Shown: in pieces, positions 32,161-45,160 of the stretch
Layout: each line of letters starts with the position of its first letter
Position numbering within the stretch: position 1 is the stretch's first letter
Origin: the human T2T-CHM13v2.0 reference genome, Homo sapiens
Direction: 5' to 3' (one strand)
Length of the DNA stretch: 64,000 bases
NCBI RefSeq assembly: GCF_009914755.1
Contig: NC_060934.1
Position numbers and translations under genes: made by a program
Notes under the pieces: generated by a model
Told to the model about the DNA's origin: nothing
The model's database searches: none
The model's input: the letters and a program-made list of their open reading frames with translations, nothing else

Positions 32161-34057
32161 TTTTATTATACTTTAAGTTCAGGCATACATGTGCAGAACG
32201 TGCATGTTTGTTACATAGGTATACATATGCCACGGTGGTTTGCTGCACCCATCAACCCATCATCTACATTAGGTATTTCTCCTAATGCTATCACTCCCCT
32301 CGCCCCTCTCCCCCCAACAGGCCCTGGTGTGTGATGTTTCCCCCGTGTGTCCACGTGTTCTCATTGTTCAATTCCCACTTATGAGTGAGAACATGTGGTG
32401 TTTGGTTTTCTGTTCCTGTGTTAGTTGGCTGAGAATGATGGTTTCCAGCTTCATCCATGTCTCTGCAAAGGACTTGAACTCATCCTTTTTATGGCTGCAT
32501 AGTATTATAGGTGTATATGTGCCATGTTTTCTTTATCCAGTCTATCATTGATGAGCATTTGGGTTGGTTCCAAGTCTTTGCTATTATGAATAGTGCTGCA
32601 ATAAACATACATGTGCATGTGTCTTTATTGTAGAATGATATATACTTCTCTGGATATATACCCAGTAATGAGATTGCTGGGTCAAATGGTATTTCTGGTT
32701 CTAGGTCCTTGAGGAATCGTCACACTGTCTTCCACAATGGTTGAACTAATTTAGACTCCCACCAACAGTGTAAAAGCATTCCTACTTTTTCACATCCTCT
32801 CCAGCATCTGTTGTTTCCAGACTTTTTAATGATCACCATTCTAACTGGCATGAGATGGTAGCTCCTTGTGGTTTTGATTTGCATTTCTCTGATGACCAGT
32901 GATGATGAGCTTTTTTCCATATGTTTGTTGGCTGCATAAATGTCTTCTTTTGAGAAGTGTCTGTTCATATTCTTCTCCCACATGTTGATGGGGTTGTTTG
33001 TTTTTTTCTTGTAAATTTGTTTAAGTTCCTTGTAGATTCTTAGATTCTGGATATTAGCTCTTTGTCAGATGGATAGATTACAAAAATTTTCTCCCATTCT
33101 GTAGGTTGCCTGTTCACTCTGATGATAATTTCTCTTGCTGTGCAGAAGCTCTTTATTTTAATTAGGTCTCATTTGTCAATTTTGGCTTTTGTTGCCATTG
33201 TTTTTGGTGTTTTAGTCATCAAGCCTTTGCTCATGCCTATGTGCTGAATGGTATTGCCTGGGTTTTCTTATAGAGTGTTTACAGTTTTTAGGTCTTATGT
33301 TTAAGTCTTTAATCCATCTTGAGTTAATTTTGTATAAGGTATAAGGAATGGGTCCAGTTTCTGCTTTCTGCACATGGCTAGCCAGTTTTCCCAACACCAT
33401 TTATTAAATAGGGAATCCTTTCCCCGTTTCTTATTTTTGTCAGGTTTGTCAAAGATCAGATGGTTGTAGATGTGTGGTGTTATTTCTGAGGCCTCTGTTC
33501 TGTTCCATTGGTCTATATATTTGTTTTAGTACCAGTACCATACTGTTTTGGTTACTGTAGCCTTATAGTATAGTTTGAAGTCAGGTAGCATGATGCCTCC
33601 AGCTTTGTTCTTTTTGCTTAGGATTGTCTTTGTTATATGGGCTCTTTTTTGATTCCATATGAAATTTGAAGTAGTTTTTTCTAATTCTGTGAAGAAAGTC
33701 ATTGGTAGCTTGATGGGGTTAGCATTGAATCTATAAATTATTTTGGGCAGTATGGCCATTTTCACGATATTGATTCATCCTATCCATGAGCATGAAATGT
33801 TTTTCCATTTTTTTGTGCCCTCTCTTATTTCCTTGAGCAATGGTTTGTAGTTCTCCTTAAAGAGGTCCTTCACATCCCTTTTAGGTTGTATTCTTAGGTA
33901 TTTTGTTATCTTTGTAGCAATTGTGGATGGGAGTTCACTAATGATTAGGCTCTCCGTTTGTCTATTTTTGGTGTATAGGAATGCTTGTGATTTTTCCACA
34001 TTGATTTTGCATCCTGAGACTTTGCTGAAGTTGCTTATCAGTTTAGGAGATTTTGGG
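32161..34057 (-). mobile_element. 5'-truncated L1PA (approx. L1PA6-8)
   Basis: ttattatactttaagttc 3' end. Disrupted ORF2 fragments at 32720-32983, 33526-33765 ([20 protein letters not shown]) and 33775-33999. Confidence 0.96.
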
Positions 34058-35349
34058 ACCTCATTCTGTCAATATCTGAACACTGGAGGGAATGTTTTCC
34101 CCTTCATGTCCTTATTTAAGTGTGAAGCATCTATTTAAAAAGTACAGAGTTTAATGTACAGTATGAGGTTAGAAAACTCCCCTTTTCTTCTCAACTGCTT
34201 AAAATTATTTACTTTGTTTGCCAGAATATCCACGTTCTATCCTTATCACCTTCCCCCAGAATCTCTAAGTTTCCCTGACCTCCAATAGCTTCCTCTCAAG
34301 ATTAAGTTTCACAGCCCCACATTCTAATGCCTCAAGTTAATGAATTAAATATTTGAACTTCCACTTCTTCTCAACAACTCAGATTTTCCTCTTCCTCCAA
34401 AATAAACCTGAAAACCTGAAGTTTGAAAACTGACCTTTGCTAAATTCAAGTTTTTTAATCTCCAACTTCTCTTCTTTACAGAAGGCACTACTCTTCTTCC
34501 ATATCACAGATAAAAACCTCCCTCAGTAGAATAAATAACTCATCCTTCCCAACAGAAGAGACCTGGTAAGAACTTCATGCAGTAACAATGGACGTTTGAT
34601 AGATGCTTGTTTAGTTTCTGCAAATGAGAGGATGCTTCACTGGAAGACAGTTCAGTTGCTGTAAATAGAATTTTAAACATCTAATTTTAAAAGATTTTAA
34701 AATATTATGTCACCTGTAATAGGAGACATACCACACTTTTAAGCTGAAAATCATTTTACCCATTCTTCAGATACACACAATCCAAGTGAAAGGCAACAGG
34801 CATTGACCTAGTCCCTGTTCATGTGGCTCTTTATGTGAAGGGTGTATGACAGCAAGACAGAGCTGGGCAGGAAGGTTTCATATTTGGAAAGTAAGATAAC
34901 CTCTCAGGTATTCTTTCAGTCTCTGAATCTAGGGGATATGCATCCCTCACTCACAATTATAGTCCAGATCAATCTTGTAGCCAATTCAAATCTCTGGCTG
35001 AGTAAAAAAGTTTTAGGACCTTCTTGAAATGTCTTTCCAGAGGTCATAAAACCCCACCAAGCAGCACCAAATCAGGCTTATTTATGTACCTCAGCTAACA
35101 TTCTGGTTGCAATACTACTCTTTGTTTCCTGTTACCAAGACATTGCCCCATACTCTAGTTTCTGTAACAGAATTCTTGCATGACAACTTACTCTCCCAGA
35201 GAGAACATAGTTCTCATCTGTGTTCTCATCTGTGTTCTCATCTGTCTCTCCCGAGCTGAAGTCCCGTCCCTGAAGTCCATTCTCTGTCAGTGGTTTCTAT
35301 TATCCCACCCCACATTCGGCTGACTGATGAACTTCCCAGGACAGTATTC

Positions 35350-35515
35350 AATAGCAGAATCTTTGAAGTCAGACCTGCGATTATATCTTGTCTCTCCAAC
35401 TTGTTGCTGTGCAATCTCAGATAATTTTTTTACTTCCACTAGCCTCATTTGTAAAATAAGAAAACCTGTTTAATTTTGCAAGGATTAAAGATAATCACAT
35501 TTGTAAAATGTCTTT
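35350..35515 (+). mobile_element. MIR
   Basis: ctttgaagtcagacctg...cctcatttgtaaaata...aggattaaagataat. Confidence 0.65.
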
Positions 35516-35833
35516 CAGGTTACTTATATATTTGTTCATTCTCTGATTTTTTCAAAGTATTTGTGGAGCACCTATTATGTTTCAGGAATGGTTCTAGATA
35601 CTAAAGGACGTAGTACAAGCTCAATAAACAGATCATCAGCATTATACTCATTGTCACCATTATCATCACATAACCACAAACACCATCAACATTTTTATTC
35701 ATTCTTTTTTTAAAAATTAATTATTCCAGTCAACATTATTTAAAAGCTTTAGGCCAGCATTCACACTTAAGGAAGCGGAAGTCACTGTCTCTACATTTCA
35801 GGAACTTATAACTTTGAGGAAGAGACAAGCTGC

Positions 35834-36258
35834 TGTAGGAAACATAGAAATGAACCACCCTCTGGAATCCCCTCAAAGAGCAGCATACAGCACAGTCCCA
35901 AGGTCAGTAAGCAGCCTCCAGCCTTTCAGCTCCTTCAGAGCCCTCTCTAGCTGCTAAGAGTCACTTGACACTCCCTTATCAGAAGTGCTTTTCCGATGAC
36001 CGGGCAAGGCGGGATATAAATGCCAAGCCATTTGACCCAACGTGGAAAAACTCTTCTCAGCAATATTTGCTCAAAAAAATCCTTGCCAAATGGAAAGAGA
36101 TGTAAGAACCTGAATTGTAGCTTAATTTTTTCCTGTTATCAATTTGGCTCTCTCTCTTCTTTTCATAGTTATCATTCTTTAAAAATACCTGTCACCCCGA
36201 AGTCCATCTCAGCATGTGCCTCTGAAGAACATGTGTTCTGAAGAATACAACCTCAATA
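35834..36258 (+). mobile_element. ERVL LTR (LTR16-like)
   Basis: gatgaccgggcaaggcgggatataaatgccaagccatttgacccaacg (TATA region) and tccatctcagcatgtgcctctg 3' motif typical of the LTR16 family. Confidence 0.7.
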
Positions 36259-36289
36259 CTAATTCAACTTGTTGCCTGAGAAAACAGGC

Positions 36290-38710
36290 AAAAACAATAG
36301 GATTTCACTGTAGATTTGTCCCTTCTCTGGGAATCAAATGCCACCACTGGGAGTAGATGAAGCACAGAAACCTCACGCAACAAAGTAGAAGATCAATTGT
36401 TACAATTTTTATGAATGGTGACTTGATGTATTGAACTGGTATACTGAAGAAAGAGGTCACACTGGTGGGCTCAGAGTCTCAGATATTTGAGATGTATGGA
36501 AGAAATGGTATATATAATGAATTTGGATGACTCTTGCTAAACAATATTAATGGTCTACAGAAAGATAATGAACAAGCAAGGAACTAACAGCCAGAAGTCT
36601 TCCTTGGTTGGAGTTAAAGAAGCTCTCATCTCCTGTATTGCATGGGCAAAGAAAGAAAAGGACCAAGATCAGGCCCTAATTTCATGGCTGAACTTCAACG
36701 ACAGCTAAAATTCAACCAGGATGAGTTGGTATACTGCATTCAGGGGTTTGGTTGGAAATACCTGGGACCCAGATACATAGGATGGGAATATGTGGGGAGA
36801 TGACCCTAAAGATTTGGATTTTGCAGATTCTTCTGACTACTTTTGAACCTGAAGAAATGGCACACCTTTCTTTTCAAAAACCCAGCATTCCTACTCTTCT
36901 GGAAGACAATGCAGAGGTCTCCCACAAGACAACTTGTGTACCCTCAGGACTCACTCCAATCTCCACTCTTGGCCACTAGGTCTATAATTAGAGTAATAAA
37001 ATCAAGATGATGACCAGCATTAAGATGAATTTAAGAAATCAGGATCAAGCCTCATTTTATCCTGAATACTGCTCCAAGGCTCTGAAACCACAGGGCCAGT
37101 GTCTTTTTATTTTTAATTTTTAATTTCAGAGACAGAGTCTCACTCACTCTGTCACCCAGTCTGACGTACAGTGGTGCCATCATGGCTTACTGCAGCCTCG
37201 ATCTTCTGGGCTTAAGCCATCATCCTGCCTCACCCTCCTGAGTAGTTGGGACAACAGGTGCATGCCACCATGCTCGGCTACTTTTTTTATTTTTTGTAGA
37301 GATGAAGTCTAACTATGTTGCGCAGGCTGGTTCTGGGATTACAGGTGTGAACCACTGCACTCAGACCAGTGTCTTCTTATACACAGTTAGTCCTAGCCAG
37401 GGGAGTTTGGTGGGGGTAGGGGGGTGTTGCATGTGTAACTGGATTGCTCTAAATAATCCAACAACAAAAAAAGGTAGGCATGACGGACCAAAGTCACAGC
37501 ATACTCCAGCAGGGGACACACTGAACTGAGTAACAGAGCTAAGTGTGCCCTGGCATGTTCTTGTACCAGAGGAGTACACTGTGTCTGTATTATGAGGCGG
37601 CTTGATCAAGGAGGCTGAAACATAAATTTAAATAAGGAAGCATATATTAAATTGGCAACACCTCTCCTAGATTTAAGATTTAACATCCTGGAAAGGCCCC
37701 CAGTAAGTAATACATACTCACTAACAGAATGGCTTTTAGGAGCATAGAAAATATAACAGCCCAGGCAGAGTAATGTTGAAATGTTATACTTTTGGTGTTA
37801 GTTAGAGAAGAAAGGAAAGCAAATGCTTGGGAAAGTGAGTAGGTTGAAATGGATAAACTATTTCTAATAGCTTAGGTTCTAGGGTAAAGCCCAGACAATA
37901 TTCTATTTACTAAGACCATAAGAAATGGAGTGAGAGGGACACCAGCATACCTGAAGAGTGGAGGCTCCCCTCTGTATGCCAGGAAAGACAATGATGTAGG
38001 TTGTTGCAAAACTCAACTCTCTGATAGCAATAGGGATGATAAGATGCCAGAACAGTAAAATGAAGGTGATGCCACTTAACCATGAAATCCCAGAGAGTCA
38101 TAACTATCATATGGATCACCAAATTTGGGTTGGAAGCCAATGGAGTCTAACCTAGAGAAAGTTACGGAGATGCTTAATAAAACATGACAATCGTTGGGCA
38201 AAACAGATTGGCAGTTGACAAGAGTACTCTTCAGCTTTACCAGCAGCAGAAGACACGAGTAGACAAGGAAGAGGCTGAGAGTGGTTACCTCACTGAATGA
38301 TCTTAAGTTCTTTTTTAGTTTTCAAACCCAAAACATCATCAACTAAGAGGTGGCTGAATTTTCAGAAGGAATAGTCTTCCAATAGTCTATGAAGCATACA
38401 GATTAATGATTTATCCAGACCTTCCGCAAAGACATTTAGTCTTTTGGGCATTTACTCTGGTGACCTTATACAGGCACATGGGAATACCTAGATATTTCAG
38501 GACCATTGGATATAGGGTTAACATTATTACCCAGATAACTAAAGCATTCTTACCCCCTTGACATCTCCGCTCCATCTAATAAATGAAGTACTGAGCGAGG
38601 TCTGGCTTAGTCTACTGTTTCCAGGGACTCACCCAGTATCATTTCCCTGAGATCATGCATACATGTACCTTTCCCTAGTATATAATGTATGGCAACTTAC
38701 CAACCCTGGC
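36290..38710 (+). mobile_element. Decayed ERVL-type internal sequence (gag/protease region; HERV16/ERV3-16A3-like), no 3' LTR seen
   Basis: gggacccagatacataggatgggaatatgtggggagatgaccc, cttgatcaaggaggctgaaacataaa and gggactcacccagtatcatttccc resemble ERVL gag/pro nucleotide motifs. No open frame. Confidence 0.65.
37104..37365 (-). mobile_element. AluJ with internal deletion
   Basis: agagacagagtctcactc...caggctggttctgggattacagg. TSD ccagtgtctt on both sides. Confidence 0.9.
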
Positions 38711-40021
38711 TCTGAAAAGCATCTTTCAAATCTGTGAGATAAAGTCAACTACCCAGATGCCCAGGAAAGCAATAATAGTCTGGATCTAAAAAGGCAAAAC
38801 ATGAATTAGAGTATGACATATCTACTTTGTTGAGGAGCAGGCTGAAAACATGAGAATAAAGCAGAAACAAGATAAATATTGAGATATGAAGGTATTTCAT
38901 AATAGGCTATAAATTTATATGTTTTTGTTTGTACATTTTTGATGAATTTGCAGTTTTAGAGCTTTTGAAATTGAGATATAAATTTTTTATCTTTTAGCCA
39001 TAGTAATTTCTTATATATTATTACGATGATTTTATACTTTCATTAATCCATGCATCATAAATAATTTAATACCTATTCAAATCATTTTGCTTATTCTATA
39101 AAGCAGAACTGCTGTTTACTGCTGATTCCAAAGATAGACTTATGGTCAGTGAGTACATGAGCCATTGAAGTTATATGGCAGGATTTATTCATGGAGCTGC
39201 TGTGGTTATCATCTCCTCTTTGGTATAATTACAATTACTGATATGGGTAGTGGAATGCTTCTGCATGTCTTAGCAGCCCTTGACTTTGCACAAGGATAGA
39301 GAAACCTGATATTGGGAGCCAACAATGTCCCCATTAGGACACACTGTTTTTTCTCATTAAGCCATGGGGAACCTGTGAAGTTGATCACTTCACCTCTTAT
39401 CCCTTGACTTTTAGTCACAATTATTCCCTAAGCAGCCAAACCATGTTTGAAATCAGCAGATCAAGGTACAGAGGAGGAATTTTAGGTCCTTTTATGTATG
39501 GTCCTGTATGATCTTTCTGTTCCCTATAAAGAACACTTGAATGCATGTACAGAATGCTCGAGAGAAACAGAAAAGACACTTAAAACACTATATTAATAAG
39601 TATGCAAATTCCTAAGAGAAATGAGCTTCCATGAAACTTTCACATCTGATGTTTTTTTCTAAGAGTACAATAGTATAAGAAATAAATGATTCTGTTGAGT
39701 TGGAAGACTGGCCAGAATTTAAAGCAATAAGACCCAGAAGACCAAAACATATTGCATAATGAGAAGTGTGAACATGTAGTTCCATCCTCAAATAAGGCTT
39801 TTGGGACTGTAGAATTTCAGTTGTTCTATGGAATGGTGTGAGCCCTAATACCAAGGACCCACAGTCAAAGACGTGAGAGGAGAAAGTAAAAGGAAGTCAG
39901 ATTATTTATAACATGGATAGGAAATTTGGGCACAAATGCCACTGCTATTATCTCTCACAAATGGCAGAAATCATAAATTTATCATTAAACTCTTTCTTTC
40001 TGAATACTAAGAAAGTTATAA

Positions 40022-40546
40022 TTTTTTATTATACCTTAAGTTCTGGAATACATGTGTAGAATGTGCAGATTTGTTACATAGGTATATGTATGCCATTGTG
40101 GGTTGCTGCACCCGTCAACTCATCATCTAGGTTTTAAGCCCTGCATGCATTAGGTATTTGTCCTAATGCTCTCCCTCCTCTTGTGCTCCACCCTACGACA
40201 GGCCCCGGTGTGTGATGTTACCCTCCCTGTGTCCACGTGTTCTCATTGTTCAACTCTCACTTATGAGTGACAACATGAGTTGTTTGGTTTTCTGTTCCTG
40301 TGTTAGTTTGCTGAAAATGATGGTTTCCAGCTTCATCCATATCCCTGCAATGAACATTAATTCATTCTTGTTTATGGCTGCATAGTATTCCATGGTATGT
40401 ATGTACCATATTTTCTTTATCCAGTCTATCATTGAAGGGCATTTGGGTTGGTTCCAAGTCTTTGCTATTGTAAATAGTGCTGCAGTAAACATACATGTGC
40501 GTGTGTCTTTATAGAATGATTTATAATCCTTTGGGTATATACCCAT
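40022..40546 (-). mobile_element. Short 5'-truncated L1PA (approx. L1PA7/8)
   Basis: ttattataccttaagttctggaatacatgtg 3' end. ORF 40250-40546 is the ORF2p C-terminus (TCMFTAALFTIAKTWNQPKCP). Confidence 0.95.
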
Positions 40547-41679
40547 TGATGAAGAAAATTTTCTGTGAAACCACTCTCAAACCTTCACAGAAAATCTTAT
40601 TTGTCATCTCTGATGATCTATAGGCATAATCAGTATTATGTCAAGTTCCTTAAATGTAATGTACCCCAATCTTTTGTGACACTATGAATAGGCAGAAAAG
40701 GGTCATTGGATAAATGACATAGAATGTTTCTGTCTCTCCATTGTTATAGTACTTTTTGTCTAACCCCCCCCATTCACCACTTTGTCATGTCATGTACTAC
40801 CTTGAGCGTTTATCTTTTCCTGTAGTGATATTATCTTAGCTGAAAGTATGTTTTATAATTTATAAAACTCTTTCACATTAATTATTAATTCTGATGCTTA
40901 TGACAATGCTATGATATAAGTAATGCAGGTATTTTTCCCCCACTCTAAGAAGTAAAATGTCTGGCTGAAAGATGTTAAGAATGACTACGCATTCTTATTT
41001 TTACTAACCAACCAAGATGAAAAGTTAAAACTTCAATAATAACAGTTGGTTTTTATTGGCTTTATATATAGGAAACTCTGCCTCTGATTAATATTTTTAA
41101 AAGTTAGCTAATACTAGAACTTTGTAAACCACGAGAACAAATGATCTCTAAAGTTTCTTCCAAAAACAGTACCTATAGATCTTGTGGCTAAGTCTAAAAA
41201 GGGTCTTTCTAACTTTCCTAAGGGTTTAAATCTGCTTTTTAAGAGCTGCCTGGTTTAATCTTTCAGTTCTGCCTTCAGTATTACAATATACCAAAACTCC
41301 AACAGTAGAGTAACCAGAAAATTATACCGTAATATAACATGGAAGAGAAGATTAGTTCTTGATCCTCCCGGCATTTGTTTTTGCACTTAAACAAAATTAT
41401 TTGATGTTTTTAAAGTGGTCTTAAGTAGAATGGCTACAAATGCTATTAAGCATCAGAAAATTACCAGGCTTTACTAAATCTGCAGGAACAATGTCTCTCA
41501 TGAATTTTGTGTCATAACAATGTGTCATTGGTGGTTACAATGACAGTAAATAATTTTAGAAAGAAACTGTGGTCAAACGTAATGCATTTTTCTCTGCCCT
41601 ATGCACCATAGTTTCTTCTAGAAACAATGAACACAGAATTCTTGACTGAATAAAACATGTAAATATTTTTTCTTTCTTC

Positions 41680-42037
41680 TTATCTATATACTTATTTATG
41701 CATTCATGTATTTATTTTAGAGACAGGATCTTGCTCTGTCACCCAGCCTGAAGTACAGTGGCATGATCGTAGTTTACTGCTACATTCTTGAACTCCTGAG
41801 CTCAAGCAATCCTCGTGCCTTGGTCAGCTTTCTCGGTAGCTGGGACTATAGGCACAAGCCACCAAGCTTGGCTAAGTTTTACATTGTTTTTGTTGTTGTT
41901 GTTGCTGTTTGTTTTTTTTTTCATAGAGACTGTCTCACTATTCTGCCCAGGCTATTCTAAAACTTCTGGTCTTGAGCAATATTGCCTTGACCTCTCAAAG
42001 TTTTGGAATTACAGGTGTGAGCTGCCACCACACCAGA
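41680..42037 (-). mobile_element. AluJ, diverged
   Basis: agagacaggatcttgctctgtcacccagcctg...(gtt)n linker...ggaattacaggtgtgagc. Confidence 0.9.
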
Positions 42038-42949
42038 TCAAATATATTCTTTGAAGGAAGAAAAATATTCAAGAAGGCAAAAAAAAAAGTTCTTAAATCT
42101 AATAGAGGAATGACCAAGAAAGTCTTTCTGTGGTTAATGCTCAGGTCTTCTTGCAATGGAAACAGAATTATAATAATATAATAATATAGATCCATGTTGT
42201 GAAACACTTTACCTCTCATATATATATATATATATGAGAGATAGAGCCCCAATTCTGTGTCTTCCACTGCGCTTGGTACATCTCATGAGATTTTCACAAA
42301 TGTGATGCGGTAACTTTGAGGGATTCAAGTCACTTCCTCCACAAGTGAAGCATTTTTAGAAATCACAGTATTTTAGCTTATTTATTGATTTAACTTGTGA
42401 AATGATCTCATCACTTCCAAAGTGCAAAATAAAAATGGCATTACTATGGCACTGTAAAAAGAGTCCTGGGCTGAGTGGGGAGACTATGGGAATGAGGTAG
42501 GAATCCTTAAGAGGTGGAGCTAAATAAAACAAGTAAAACAGAGAAAATAGAAAACCTCAATGAACTTCAGGCAAAAAAGACTATTTGAATATTTGACTAT
42601 TTGAATAGTCTTTTTTTGTGTTTCCTCGGGCATTTCTGGGCTGTATTATTCTCTAATGTCACAAAACACTTAAACATGGTTTTCACCTGATATTCAAGGT
42701 CCAGTGTCAACTTGATGAGAAGTCTAGAGCTGAATTATAGGACTTTTTCAAAACAACTTTTCTTTTTCATGAGTGAAGCCATAGAAGGCACATTTTACAG
42801 TATATAGAAGACTTCCAGCAGAGGAAGAACAAATTTTAACACTCAGAATCATACGCAGGGCATCCAGCTAAAAGGGAGAATGAATATCAATACTTAAAAA
42901 AACCAAGTAGAATAAATTTATCATTGCTAAATTGAAAGATTTAAGATTT

Positions 42950-43830
42950 AAATTAAAAAAAAAACTCAAATTCATAAGTGTAAGATAGAGGAGCTACCAT
43001 TTAAAAGCAATTCACTTTGTAGAAAACTCTGAAGGGATCATTAACCTCTGGCTGATTATGAACTTGTAGTCCAACCAGAAGAATAATAAGAAAAAAAAAG
43101 TTTTATATGATTTTGATATCTTTAGCCTCATTATTCTCAGTTACATAATTCTTTTGTATCAAGTATGGTGCTATACACTTAATATAAAATATGTCATTTA
43201 GCCCACACAATTGATTTTATGACGTTAATATTACTATCCTCATTTTGCAGCCAGGATTCCAATGTAGGTCAGCTGATGCTAAGGTCCCTGCTATTAATTC
43301 TGTATTATATTGTTGCCCCATAATGTCTATCAAAGGACCATGATCTGGGAATTTCAAGTAACCTCATAGCAATAAAATAAAATAAAATAACGACCAGCAT
43401 AGAGAAACAAAAATAATAAAGGAGGTTAAAAATTGGTGCATGCACAAAAAAAATTTAACATTTTTTAAACTGAATTCTTTTGAAAGGTGAATGATTCATC
43501 TAGAGAAGTTGATGTGTGAAGACTATAATAAGTAGTCATTACAGAGACATAGAGCTGTCTATGGCTTGATATGCTCTGGGAATCTGAAAAGGGATGATAG
43601 TTCTTGGCTGCAGAAAGGCAAATTTTGTCTGAGTATAAAGAAGAAGCAATAATTTCAGAAATTGTACAATATAATTTGTAGCTTTGCAAAAACGTAAACC
43701 CCCTGTAACTGGCAGTGCTTGAGAAAACTCACGAAGATGCAAGTTGAGATTCTCAGAGGAAATGACAAAACAACCAACTTCGATATAATCTATCATCTAT
43801 TCCTCTTTCAACTCAACAAATCAAGGTTCT
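42950..43830 (+). mobile_element. L3/CR1 fragments (with a MIR at ~43190-43310)
   Basis: gcagaaaggcaaattttgtctgagtataaagaagaagc and ccccctgtaactggcagtgc resemble the CR1/L3 3' region. Confidence 0.55.
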
Positions 43831-44809
43831 AGATAATGGTGAACTTCTTTATCAGTGTACACAGAGTCAGAAAACAATCATTTGAGGCCGTGTCAATTAT
43901 TGCTGAATGAATTGATCACTATCAGCTTCTTTTTTTGTAACTGTATTTATACATTTTTATTTAGCTAATCTTTAAATAAATGTTTCCAATACAGTAGTTA
44001 ATACAGTAGGGTAGCTTTAATGATTTAGCCATGCCTTTCCTCACATAACAGATTTAACTTTAACAATGTAAATGGGCATTTTTAATAATCTCTCATTTAC
44101 ATTTATTTACATTACACTTTATTTTTGTGGAATTTTATTGAAAATTTCTAGAATGAAATTTGCACAAGTGACTTTATTACAAAATACCAATTTTAGCCAT
44201 TAGAGGCCGAATCCACATCCAGTTTCCCAAAATTTACCACTGATACTAGATAATTTATTTCCCCTAAAGGAACCTAATAGGAGTATGTCCACATCAGTTT
44301 AGTTCTTCTCCCCTTCACTGTCCAAGTTAACATTGTTTCCTGAATTCTCAGTCATGGTTTACATCACCAGATACCCAGTTTCCATCATCAGGATTCTTGG
44401 ATTTGCCCTGAAACTTGTCTTCTCTTTTACTATCCTCCCCACCAATGCAACTAATCAATAATCAATAATTAAAAAGCAAATAATCAGTCATTAAATCCTG
44501 TTGGTTGTACCACAGCACTGTCTCCTGAATTTAGACACACCTTGCTTAAGCACTGTAATTTCCCTAAGCCAGGTCCTCATGGTCTCTTTCACTCTTACAG
44601 TAGTTTGCCCTCTCCTTCCTACTTCCTCCTTTAGTCCATCAAATCAGTCTAGAAAATGTTGTCTCCAGATCTATTTTTCTAAAAATAGCAACCCTTTAAG
44701 CCTACAGGCTTACTACACACATTATATTAGGCATACAAACTCAATGATCACATTTCCCCCACTGCCAGTGAAGCCTGCTCCTCCTCCCTATGCCTGCTGT
44801 GTTCCCAAC

Positions 44810-45160
44810 TGCTATGGTCTGAATGTTGGTGTTTCCCCACATTTGTATACTGGAACCCAATACCCAATGGGATAGTATTAGGAGGTGGGGCCTTTGAGAA
44901 GTTAATAATTTATGAGGGTCCCACCCTCATGAATGGGATTTAGTGCCCTTATAAAAGAGGCTTGAGAGAGCTCCCTTTCCTCCCTTGCCATGTGAGAACA
45001 CACAGAGGCATCGTCCTTGAAGAAGGCCCTCACTAGGCTGAATTGGGGCACCTTGATCTTAGACTTTCCAGCCTCTAGAACTGTAAGTAATAAAATTCTG
45101 CTGTTTATAAATCACTCAGGCTGATTTTTTTTTTTATAGCAGCCAAAGCTAACCAAGACC
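44810..45160 (+). mobile_element. MaLR solo LTR (MLT1A-like)
   Basis: tgctatggtctgaatg...ggaggtggggcctttg...ccttgatcttagactttccagcctctagaactgt...tatagcagcc. TSD ccaac / ccacc. Confidence 0.9.
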
